DNA of 64,000 bases from positions 8,866,001 through 8,930,000 of the forward strand of contig NC_088857.1 of the NCBI RefSeq assembly GCF_963853765.1, written 5' to 3'. The stretch's first letter is position 1, and each line of letters opens with the position of its first letter. This document shows, in pieces, positions 39,962-52,200 of the stretch. Position numbers and translations under genes: made by a program. Origin of the DNA: Magallana gigas. Its lineage: Eukaryota. The notes below the pieces were generated by a model. The model was not told the DNA's origin and made no database searches. It saw only the letters and a program-made list of their open reading frames with translations.

Positions 39962-40790
39962 TTAGCTCACCTGAACCAAAAGCTCAAATGAGATAATTTG
40001 TTCGTTGTCTGTCGTCGTTGTCGTTGTTGTTGTCATCGGCGTAAACTTCCCACATGTTTATCTTTTCCGAAATCATTGGGCCAATAAACTTAGCAATAAA
40101 CATCATTGAAGGAAAGACTATTAAGTTTATTAAAATGAGTCAGTTTACTTTTAAAAGGTATCACTTTGGAAAGAGTGAAAATGGGATGGAGTGTCTTAAA
40201 AATATTCTTCTCCAGAATCACTGAGCTAATCTCAACTCAAGTTGGCACAATGCATCATTGGGGGGAAAGATTTTAAATTTATTTAACTGAAAGGGCATTT
40301 TCTCCTCAAATGGTAAATAATCAAGAAAGAGTGAAAAAAGGGTTTGTTGTTTTTAAAATCTTCTTGTCCAGAGCCATTAGGCTAATTTAAACCAATCTTG
40401 GCACAACGTATCCTCGGAGAAGAGCTACCAAGTTTGTTTAAATAAAAGACTAATTTCCCCTAGAAGGAAGAAAATCAAGAAATATTAAAAATATGATGAG
40501 GAAGTATAAAACTTTTCTTCTGATTCTGAAGCAAAAGCCCGTAATAACCAAATTTTTACATTTCGATATATTTTTGAATTAAATTTGTTCAAATCTTGTC
40601 CCCAGGGGATCATAAAAAAGACCCTTTGAGTTCAAAGTCGTATTAAAAAAATAAGCAGAAAATACCCCATATAATTCTTCTGCAGAAACAAAAGGCTTTA
40701 ATTTATGAAAATATATTTGAAAGAAGTTATAATACTAAAAAGTAAGATTATATCGCTTTTAACACAGTGGGTCATAATAAGGCGGTTGGG
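39962..40790 (+). mobile_element. Helentron-associated element carrying ~3 degenerate ~150-165-bp satellite-like monomers
   Basis: Begins TTAGCTCACCTGAACCAAAAGCTCAAATGAG, then a (GTC/GTT)n tract, then recurring ATCTTCTTCTCCAGA..CACTGRGC.AAT.T.AAC.AA.TTGGCACAA..CATC motifs near 40060, 40205 and 40360. The right boundary is approximate. Confidence 0.7.
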
Positions 40791-40859
40791 GGCTGAGTCA
40801 TATGATGAAAAAATGACAATAACAAACCGCCGACCATCTCAAAAATCCATAAAACGAAA

Positions 40860-41505
40860 CACAGATTGTATTTGCTGACAAGGTCGTTGTATTGACTATA
40901 GAACTTACGAAAAGATGACTCTGAACGATTCTATTGATAGTCCTGTTGTATCAACTTGTGTCAGTAGCTTGCCTCGCCTTAAAAACTGTTCATACGAAGA
41001 GCATGCCCTTGCGTATCGAATTAACTGAGACAAAAACACCATATACAGGTGATGAAGGTATATTGCTACATTAGTAGGGAAAGTTGACTATAGAAATATT
41101 GAAGTCATCTCGTTTATCATAAAGTTTTGTTGTTAGGTTACCATCAATGTCCATTTCCTGTAAAATATCCAAATATGAAACAAATGACGCAGACTCTGTG
41201 GTATCTTATTTTAAGTTCACTTGGATATATAGAGTCGACGTAAAAATGGAAATAACAATTGTTAATTGATAATCCGTCGTCGATACACCTGAATGTTGAA
41301 TTAAAGGCCACAGCGAATGATTTATTTTTTTCACGTACAAGTTTTTGAATAAATTCTGCTACATAAGAATACAAAATAAAGTCTGTTAACAATGGGGCAC
41401 AACTGGTGCCCATGGGAATTCCAACAGATTATTGGAAGAATTTATTTCCAAAAACTGCATAGATAACTGTTGTCTATCAGAAACTCAAGCATCTTTTTAA
41501 TGTCA
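40860..41505 (-). mobile_element. Decayed Penelope-like retroelement reverse-transcriptase fragment
   Basis: The minus strand encodes MLEFLIDN..., GIPMGTSCAPLLTDFILYSY, FRCIDDGLSINN (degenerate YIDD), SIYPSEL, SQLIRYARACSSYEQF and SFRKFY across stops and frameshifts. Confidence 0.8.
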
Positions 41506-42970
41506 CGTACTTAATAAAGACATTCTTCCGAAACAAACAGTTATGATCAGGGGTGGTGGGTGAAGAAACAGGACTAAAGATAGGATGCTCAAATTTATAT
41601 TATTAAATCAAGGTTGTTTATGCTTAATAGTATCTATATCTATTAGGAGACATATACAATTCTTTAACTACTAGTAATACCAATAAATAGAACTTGGTTA
41701 TCATAGAGAAGCAATTAGAATTGTTAATACTGTGTCTTTAAATGGATGGAGTCTTTGTGGCATTTAAAAAAAATAGTGACAACAGACGTAAAAAAAAACC
41801 AACACCAAAAAGAAAAAAAAAAGAATAAAAGGCAAACGCGTCCATATACCTTAACAATTGACCGACAATAGGTATAAAGCTACTAGTTAGTGTTCTGGTG
41901 GCCAGTAGAGAAAATGAAAAGATTTCTATGACATTGCCGAGGCCTTTATAAAAGTAAGTCTGAGATACTCTAGCATGAAACACCAAATTAATGCAGGTAC
42001 GTCTATTTTTTCAATAGATTTACTTCGTGTTAAAAAAATCAAACAAACCTATTGCTAATATTTTTTTTGGATTGATTGCCTATGATTAAAACAGATTGCT
42101 CGGTGAATATGTGCAAGTACAAATTCTCTCAAAACATTAATTGTTTCATTTGTATGTTAGGGCAAACTAAACAAGCTTTGAATACTTTATAGAGTTGTCT
42201 TATTTTCTTCGTAAATTTTTAGAGGATATAAAATGAACCAAAGCCTTCAATTTTTTCAAGTAAATCAAAATGCTAGCTAAGCATGGACGTAGTCTATCCT
42301 GTAATAAAGAGATGATTTGATTTAAAACGATCGTTTTATTACCTCATTGAACGTATTTAATACCATCTAATTTAAAATGCACAAACAACCTTGTGAATCG
42401 AACGTATACCATTACGCTTAACAATGAGAACATCTATCATGAGGAAATCTAAAAGGATTTTACTTTTAATGTTTAATGATAAAATATGATATTATTCTGT
42501 AGAACTTTCCCGAAGTTTGAGCTTCGCTAATCATCAATGGCATCTATGAAATGATTAATTCATTTTATCGAGAATGAATTCAGAAAGCAAGTTTTTTTTT
42601 GAAATTTTTGTTTTTAACGTCGGCTTGTCGTAATTCATGTCATTCAATAAGTGATATTAGTATCTTAGTATATTAAATTATTTATACAATTATCTGTAAA
42701 TAAATTTGGAACCCTATACTTAAGGAGTATTTAAAAAGATATCTTGTCTTTTTATGGCGGAAGCTTTGGACATTTTGTAAAAGTTAGCAACAACAAACAA
42801 GAAAGAGAAAACAAAACAAAAGGCAGACGCGTCTACACATTTTAACACTTGACCAACAAAAGGCATTACCATTAGTTACTTGTAAATATTTTGGTGATTT
42901 ACCGAATTATTCGAGTAAATATAACATTTTTAGATGCCTTTATAAAATTAAAATCTGAGATTATCTTTAA

Positions 42971-43389
42971 AGCTGAACACCGCTCGTAAATAGGCACTGT
43001 CACGGAGATACCTGGTATATAAACCCTTCGATTTCGTTACACCCGATTGCACACCTGAACCTCGTGGCCGACATGTAGTATTCCTTTCGTGGTCTTTAGA
43101 TTTTATGCATTTTTTTCTTATCTTATGTTCATTTTCTGTTCGTAAATAATGCATTGACCAATTTATTTGATGTTAGTATTCTCCTGGCTTCAAAAAGTGC
43201 GTAAAATTTGATAATTTCATCGCGACCGGGTAACACGGCGAGGCAAAATGTACGTCCACACAGGTGAGACCTCTACAGCGAAGTACTTTGAACTGTTTAG
43301 AGGTCTGTCCCTTATATAAGGGTTGTAGGGACAGCAGTGATTAAAGAGAAATATGGCGGACAGTGCCTATTTACGAGCGGTGTTCAGCT
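42971..43389. mobile_element. Non-autonomous TTAA-targeting DNA transposon (Kolobok-like), family 2
   Basis: Perfect 31-bp TIR AGCTGAACACCGCTCGTAAATAGGCACTGTC. TTAA lies at 42967-70 and 43390-93. Length is 419 bp. Confidence 0.88.
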
Positions 43390-46300
43390 TTAACAAATAC
43401 ATGTAGATGTGTTTGCATTGTTTAGCATTTCATACAAGATTATCTAAGATTTTATTTTATAAAGGCCCCGAAAATACTTATTCGTAAAATTCGGTATAAG
43501 TTATCAAACATTATTTAGAGGATTAACCTCGTGTTAATGATCAAACACGCAAATTGCATTAATTTAAATTAATCATAATAATAAAATTGGTTTTATTACC
43601 TATGGTTGGAACAGATTGCTTAGTCAATACGTGCAAATTTAAATTCTCTCAAACATCTATTATGGTGGTTTCGATACAAAATCTCTAAATATAAACTAAG
43701 ATAAAAATAAGATCAGGATTAGTACAAATAAAAAAGTATTTACATGTGATGATCACATTGGAGAGTCTAATTATCAACTATCTCTACTATAAATGTACAA
43801 AATTTAAGAAGTGTTGCAGTATTTCTATATGAAAAAAGTAAAGAAAGTTGTAATGAATTTGCAATTGGGTTTTGGGTAGTAAATGCTACTTTGAAAGTTT
43901 TTTCGAAAGTCAACAAAGCATCATTTTCTATAGTGTAATGATATTCTGTTCAAGCACCTGGTTGACTTGACAGAGGCTGCATGTATGTTCTTCTCTTGGA
44001 CTTTGTTTGCTTTACAAAGTTTCAATGGAGGATGATGTGTTGTTCAATTTTAGACTCTAGCACTCTTCTTGAGACGAGAAAGTCCTTAAAGATAAAGAAA
44101 AGTTTCAAAATCTTAAAGCTGAAATATTTGTATTTTTTTATTTGCTAAAGAGACTCCTGTGGCCTGAATACAGTATGATATTTAGAATTTTTCGGATAGA
44201 TTGGATGCTTTAAAACGATTATCTGTAACACAATTGGTAATTCAACGCAACATATATTTCATTTTTGCGGAAAAAGCACAAAATTACCTTAAAAAATACG
44301 TTTGCAATTATCTTTTAATGATCTACTAGATTACGTAACCGCTTATCGGAGCTTGTCCAACACCTTAGTAATCTGGGCACCCCATTGAGTACTCATTAGT
44401 CATATAAAGGAATGCAGTAGTTATGTGTGTATTTATCCACTGAAGTTTTTGATATATGGTAATCAAAACTAAACAAGGTCCGTGATTAAATATAGAATTG
44501 ACTGTTTCTTAAAATTATTTATCAATCAAGCAGTTCTTTAAAACTCAGATTAAATAGATCAGGAACAATGGTTTCTTAAAACTTTTTCAGAGTAAACTTT
44601 GGTTACTATTAAAAATTGCCAATGGGTATTTGGTTTGATAAAAAAAATAGTAATCGAACAGGATGCTTAAATTTATATAATGTCACACAAGATTGGTTAT
44701 GTTTTATTTCGAGATATATGCACTGCTTTAACTACTATTAATACAGAAAATGAAACACTGTTACCCTATCTAGAGGAGCATTTAGAATTGTTATACCGTG
44801 TCTTTTTTACGGCGGGAGCTTTAATGGCATTTAAAGAAAAAAACGACAACGATGTGAAACCCCCCAAAAAGCAATAAAAAATGCATAAAAGACAGACGCG
44901 TCTAAACACCTTAACAAGTCACCGACGAAAGGTGTAACTGCATGTAGTTACTAGTATCTAGGTTCTCTGCTGGTAGGAATAATGCGAGTAAGTATTCATT
45001 TTTCTATGACATTTTCAAAGCCTTTATAAAATAAAACTCTAAGGTATCTTGTTTGAAGTACTGAAATAAAGCAAATACATCAATTACGTGCAATTTCAAA
45101 TTCTCTCAAACATCTATGTTAGTTGAGGTGAAAAACAATGCATATACCCTTATAAAGAATGGCAAACTATATTAACCTGGTAGACTTTAAATAAAATTGT
45201 TTTATTTTCCTGCACAAATTATTATTGGATCAATACGCTAAGCCTAAGTGGAGCATATTCTGTTAGATAGAGGTTTTTTGATTTAAAACGATCGTATTAT
45301 AACGTCATTTAATTTATTCAAGGCCAACTTATTTAAAATGAACAAGGAGCCTTGTGAATCGAACGTATTCTATTATACTTAGTATTGATAAAATCTATCA
45401 TGAGTTAAGCCAATGGATTTTACCTTTTGATCGCTCAGTAATTAAATATCATATTATTCTAAAGAACTTTGTCGAAGCTTCATTAATCATCAACGGTATC
45501 TATGTATTGAAAGCAACATTTAATGAACATTCAAGTTTGAAAAAATTTGTCTTTGAAGTCAGCTGTCGTATTTCATGTCGTTCAATGCACACGAGTTATT
45601 AGTATCTCAGTCTATTACGAGATGTATACAATTTTCATACCTTTAGTGATACCTATAATTAAACTTTGGTAACCTATACTATTAGGATAATTTAAAAAAA
45701 AAAGATATCGTGTCTTTTTAAGGTGGGAGTTTTGGACATTTATAGGACATAGCAACAAAAACAAAAATAACAAAAAAAAATCAAAAAAATCCAACAATAT
45801 GCATAAATGGCGAACGCGTCTAGACACCTTAACAATTGACAGATAAAAGGCGTTACTAGTTACGATTTTTGAGAGTAAGTAAACCTTTATGACAATTTTG
45901 AGGCCTTTATAACGTACAAATCTGTGATAATTTTGTATGAAATACTTAAAAAATTCAGGTATATCTATTTTTAAATAGATATATGTCGTATTAATATTCA
46001 AACAAACATGTAACTAGTGTTTTTTTTTTCAGATTAATTACCTATTATTGAAACATAGTACTCATTGAATACTTGCAAGTACATATACTTTAAAAACATA
46101 TATAATACTACATGCGATACAAAATCTATGCATATAAACTAAAATAGCATAACATAAGGATTGGTTAAAATAAAAAAGTATTTACATGTGATGTTCAAAT
46201 TTGAGTGTCGAATGTATCAAATATCTTTCTTATATTAAATGTACATATTTAACGGAGTGTTGCAGTATTTTATAGGAAAAAAGTTCACAAAGTTGTAATG

Positions 46301-48614
46301 TATATGCAGTTGGGTTCTATGTAGAAAATGGGACTTTAAACATTTTTCTCTAAATATTGGAAGGATGATTTCATTTTTAGGCCATAACAACCGTTTTGAA
46401 ACAAAGAGCTCCTTATAAAGATAAATGAAAATTTTAAAAACTTATAGCTAACATATATGGATTTCTTACTTGCTAAAATGACGTTTGTGGCCTGAAATAG
46501 CATATTAAAGTTTTTATTGGAGTAGGTGAGATGTGTTCACCCTCATTAAGAAGGACACACTATAAAAAATTCGAAGACTGTGTATAAGATCTTTATATGT
46601 TTCTACACTAAATTAACTACTGAGGAATATTTGGTATTAAATTATAGAAGAAATATTTTTATCTGCCAGATATCTGTCCCTGCAAGAAAATGATTCTCTC
46701 ATGTGCTACGTAATAAGGAGTTTTCAGGGGCTAGAAGTCTCCGCTTCGTGTCGGTTGCCAATGGTTTTCTCGGGGTGTCAATTTCAACTGTTAACCTCCC
46801 AAACAGGCATTATTTATATAATGTTGAACAAAGAATTTTTATTTGGTACCAAAAACCGAGACTGACTCTCAAGTCAAGTCAAGATCGTATCTCACCTTTT
46901 AAAAATCGAACGGAAGACCTCCTCGTTTCTCGCAACGAGATCGTGTCTATTAACTCATATAACTGAATTGAATAACTTTAAAACTAATTAAGCAGGACTA
47001 TAACCACAATTTTAAGCGGAACAGTGATTTTGGATATGCATGTACATGTAAACATTTGTACATGTATAATGTATATGGTTTTCACATCAAAACTACTTGA
47101 GTTTCGATGATTTTTAAAAAAATGTATTTTCCAAAGTAATGCACCACATGATAAGTCTCAACAATTAAAAATAATTTACAATTTTGTTTTGTTTAGTGAC
47201 ATTAGTTATTGCTGTATAAATTTTTGACTATGTTTTCTAACGGTGATAACAGAAGAACCAATATTGCTTTATTTTGTCTGATTCTAAAGATACTGGATTT
47301 TCAAATATATTCTTGTGCAGATTTTCATTCCTTTTTGTATGTAAAAGTAAACGGATGTTTGATTAATGAATGTTTAAGTTCAAAATTTTAATGCAACAAC
47401 TAAAGTACAATGTAATAAGAAAAACCCAGAAAAGAGGGTGGTCTATTTATTGAAAAAAAAGGTTTATACAGATTCTAAACATTAAGGAGAAAATCTCACA
47501 GTCCTATGACCGATTCCCGGGTTAATTTGATTTTGTTTAAAATTCTGACAGTAAATCTGGACGCCTTTGCATTAAATATTTCTTTATTTTCAATAAAAAC
47601 GATACTGGATTATACTACTGATATTTTCCCTTACATTAATGACCCATAGATACAGGAGAAAACCGGATTTGCCTTATTTAAAACAACTTTATTCAATACA
47701 AATACGTTGAGTTGTACCACAGAGAAAATGTGGTTGTTGAAAGCTAATTGATAACTTTTGTACAACTTTTGCTATGTTATGTATATATACTTTATAGTAA
47801 GACCCCAACCACATTCCTAAAAAAAGATCAACGGTAGATGGTTTTTGAGGCAATAATAGGATTATTCGGGCAACAGTTGGCGGTTCATCATTCTTGGATG
47901 ATCTTGTTCTGTTCTTTTCGTCGGGCCAACATTTTTTTTTGCCCATTTTTAGAACATAACTCAGTTATTTAGCCAATCAAATATCCCGAATTCTCGCTAA
48001 GAATGCAGTCTTCGTGGTGAAGAATTTTTCTTTTTCTCGAACACTGAAGAGTTTTTGATTGGGGAAACTTTGAAAAGGGGCGTTTCGGAACCTCTTCGTT
48101 GCATGACTTTATATATATCCCCCTTTCACATACACAAATCAAAGAAAAGCTTTCATGAAATATACTATTTAAAATCACACTGAATTTTTGCAAGATTCTC
48201 TCATTTAATTTTTTTTCATTTTAAATTGCACAACTATTTGTTACCTTCACATGTTCACATGATAAATTTCCTGCATCTTCTCTCAAACACAGTTGTTGTC
48301 TTGTATTAGGTACATGTATTAGCTATGTTTTAAAAACTGTTTGGGCATAGTTTTCGACGCATTGATATTTATTGAAAAGAGATGAGGATTTTACATGTAT
48401 TTGATTACCTTTTACAGATTTAAGGAACTAGTATATTTTTAATCATATGTATATATTTTACAACTTAACACAATATCAATATCTCATTTAATTAAAATCA
48501 TTATCCTCATACGTCATACTCATTCTAACATGACTTGGTTGAAAGTCCACGTTAAAATACGCGTGCTCGATTTTCACGTAAATAAATACACCGGGCTCCA
48601 TACATGTCGATTAA

Positions 48615-49100
48615 AGGGGCATGCATGGTCACGATTTTGGTCAAAAATTATTTTTCCGATTTTAATGTTTACAATGCTTCAGTGAGGCATTCTTAAGAAG
48701 CAACCAAAATGTTTACAGTTTTAAGCGAGTTACAGAGCTTACAATTCTTTGCCATGTAAACAAAGCTTTTGTTTACATTTTGAATGTTGAAGTAAAAATT
48801 TCAATTCTAGACCTAAAATGAATGTGTTAAACGTTAGGAACTGTTTATCTGTGCTTGAAATGAATAAGAAGATAGAAAAATTTGCTTGAAAAAGGTTTTT
48901 TATTGGTATATTGAACCTATGTAAACAAAAACAGGGCACAAGCCTTGTTTACATGACACAGATTTGTGAGCTCTGTAGCTTGCTTAAAACTTGAAGACTG
49001 GCTCTCAAGTGTCATTTGATCATTAGAATTGCATTTCTAAAGCATTGCAAATAATAAAAACAGAAAAATAGAATTTGACCAAAATCGTGACCATGCCCCT
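48615..49100. mobile_element. Non-autonomous TTAA-targeting DNA transposon (Kolobok-like), family 1, copy 2
   Basis: TTAA|AGGGGCATG(CATG)GTCACGATTTTGGTCAAA ... TTTGACCAAAATCGTGACCATGCCCCT|TTAA. Length is 486 bp. Confidence 0.88.
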
Positions 49101-49186
49101 TTAAGGCACAGCAATTTGGACACAATAGGAGGCGGTGTATTTTCCTCAAATATTTGATTTGATTGGCCTGGGTTTTGTTCTAAGAC

Positions 49187-49295
49187 AGTAAGATCATATG
49201 AAGAGAAATCTTCGTCATCAAGAATGCGCTACGCTTCGCTTCGCTCCGCTCCGCCCATTCTTCATGACGAAGATTTATCTTCATATGATCTTACT
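49187..49295. repeat. 109-bp foldback with ~40-bp arms and a (GCTTC/GCTCC)n spacer
   Basis: AGTAAGATCATATGAAGAGAAATCTTCGTCATCAAGAATG vs CATTCTTCATGACGAAGATTTATCTTCATATGATCTTACT, with 2 mismatches. Confidence 0.8.
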
Positions 49296-52200
49296 ATTAC
49301 GAAGATATCGGTATACTTTGAAATTAATGTGCCTGCTCCGCGTCATCCGATACCAGTGTCGAGAAATCATGTTTCTTCAGCCGACCACACGAGAAAATTA
49401 TTTCTCCGGAACATCGGCTTAAAAGTGATCTAGGCATAAGACACATATTCTAGTTTAAACTCTTCACACTGACTTTCACCTTTACGACAGGTTTTTGTGT
49501 CTTTATTTCTGGACTATCTAGATCTTTCAGTTCATTTACTGTTTTTAACAAGTCATTGTCAGTCTTTTGTGATAAATTTAGTTTAAGAACAATTGCTTGT
49601 TATCTTTTGTCTGCGGGAAGGGTATTAATCATAACATTGTCATTGAACTATTAATGCACAATACCTGAAAAAAATGTACATTCTTTAAATAAACTTTTAC
49701 TAACAATCTAAATCTTGTCAAAAATCAATATGCGAGAGGTGCCTGAACTGAAATGGGTGGTATCGTATTCCATTCTAATGTCAAACATAATGTCATAGAT
49801 GATGCATTGAATTCATCTTTCTGCTAGCTGAAGGTAAAGTGAGATTTAAATGTAAGGGTTTTTAAAAAGTATAAAACTTCAACCTGATTGATCATTGCAA
49901 ATTTAGATCTTTTTGTTACTTTTAAATGTTCTTATTAAGTTCAACTATATATAGATCTAGAATGTATGTTTAATAAATTTTTATTCAACATTTTTATTTA
50001 TATTATTTGAAGATAATTTTAAACTATAAAAGCAATTACATGTAAAATGTTATGATATAATAATTAATTAACAGTTGAAAAAACATTAAAATAAAGTGCT
50101 GTATATGTTTTAAAAAGTCACAATTTTGAAAACGTTAATAATTTATCATCGATTTTTCAGCTTCTTCATGCAGAAGCTCATTAATATGTTTTTGGAATGT
50201 AAGCGTTCTAATATTTTTTTCAATTTGTTTGTTCATCATCTTGCACTGTAGTTTTCAGCTTTACCTCGACAATCAAGAATAGGAAAACAAAAGATATTAA
50301 ACTCATTCAAATACTGTTAAAACGTTTAAATATTTTAAAGCATACAAAATACACTTTTAATTTTGTATTCTTGAATTGATACGTCATGATTTTGTAAACA
50401 ACCTTTGAAAACATCGATATCAATAAAGATATATGAATATAAATACAATTTCAAAACATATTTTTGTCATCAGCTTTGTAACAGACACATGTGATTTCGT
50501 AAGCAATTAATTTATCTCAGTAGATCAATAATTACTGACACGTAGTAGAGATTTTCAAAAAGGTGGAGTAGTGATGGACCTTCCCCTAAAATCATGACGA
50601 GATTTAGGAAAGATAGAAGCAGTAACTTACACATACCTTTTATATTTTGAGGTAAACAAAAATAAGTTAGTACATTGCATGTGTAATGTCCTGAAATTCT
50701 ATGGAAATGTTGGATTTCATTGTGGTTAAATTTTCATTTAATGGGTTCCCGTCAATTGCAATTAGTTGTGCTCATAGCCAAATCTTTCTAGACTTTCTTT
50801 ACAGGACAATTGCAAAAATTGTTGCATAACCGCTTTTAGCTTGGGTTTTAAATGATATCCCTTTATCAGTGATCGTTTTAAACAAGCGTCTCTTTATCTA
50901 ACGCATTATTTTGCAGCTGCAGACATGTTTGCATGTTATTAATACACATTTTGTATTTTATACCGTGTGCAGCCAATTGCACTGTGTAAAATCCTTTTAT
51001 CAATTATCGTATGTCTTTTTTTTCTCTATTTTTTTTTTTTGGGGGGGGGGGTCAAATTTGCTTGAATGCATACTGAATACCGTACTTTCAAACTTTCACC
51101 TCTCAATAAATCAAATATATGTTCTCTAGAAAGTCGTACAAAAATCATTCATATGATGTTAAACATTATATTTTTTCATCGACATCTGTTATGAAAGAAA
51201 AAAAAATGTCTGTGTTTCGCTGACTTTCTGATAAATATGCTGTGTTGCATTATTGTACAATTACATTTTCATGGGCGACATTTTAAAATAGCGTTAAATC
51301 AACAGTTGTTTACAATGTTGAGGGGTTTTCTGTCAAGCTATGGTAGGTGAGTTTGGGGGTCTTGATATTTGTCTGCTTGAATGTAGTATTATGATATCTC
51401 TTCATAAAACCTTCACTTTGTGATGAATTAGATTGAATGTTTGAATAAGATTTGATTTTATCGGGTAAAAACTCTCTAAATGATAATTTTCGGTGCTGCT
51501 TAAATATAATAATACTTATTTTTAAAAAAAATGATCATTTGTGAAATCAACTTAAAACGTGACGAATAATATACCTTAAGATGTGATGTAGATGCATTCT
51601 TTTAAAATACTCAATACAATATGTTTCATGATGGAAAAAAATTTATCATGTATTGCAAGTAAAACAAGCTGAGATTGTATGTGCATGATACCATGGCAAT
51701 CGGGAACCTTCGAGCAATGCCTATAATTTGAAAACCACGGTATATAGAGAAGTGCAATTAAGCATTCAAGGGTCTGTAAAACAATTGAAAATGGATTTTT
51801 TAAACAACACAAAACTTTGTACTTCCCTATATTTTTCATTTTCCGTAATCGCAGATGTTTTCTGACAGCGAAAAAAGAAAATGTCAAAAACATCCTGTTG
51901 AAATCTTCGATAAAAAAATAAATGAATGCAGATTCATGCATTCCAAAGAACAATACTGAATGTTCTTGTGTCATATTTTGCAAGTCCAATAATTTAGCTG
52001 CATACAGTTTTCAACACTAAATAACATATCCTGGTTCTGGTTTACAAACACTACCCTCGAGCTCTATCCCTTTTAAATACATCTCCCAACAACACTAACA
52101 AAATGGTCCTTTGATTAGTCATTAACTATAATTATGTAAATAATGTCAATTTGTTTCATTCTGATTCAACGCAAATGCCAGTTGTTGATTACCGATAAAA

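Larger units (their letters stand above)
35740..46500 (+). repeat. Degenerate higher-order tandem array of non-coding units (5 copies of a core block), interrupted by transposons
   Basis: The core AAAAGRCAGACGCGTCTAMACACCTTAACAATTGACCGAC recurs at ~37872, 41826, 42818, 44886 and 45803. Additional shared blocks: 38275/43733/46176, 39550/42500/45460, 35770/44275, 42320/45270, 38935/44075/46400. Confidence 0.8.

Noticed and set aside
37712-46001. Hydrophobic minus-strand mini-ORFs in the array cores (P[FIV]VGQLL[RK]C.DA.AFY...) as a small membrane-peptide family
   Set aside because: Substitutions fall mostly at codon position 1, lengths and stops differ, starts are inconsistent, and the hydrophobicity comes from T-rich tracts. 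Shared non-coding DNA explains them better.
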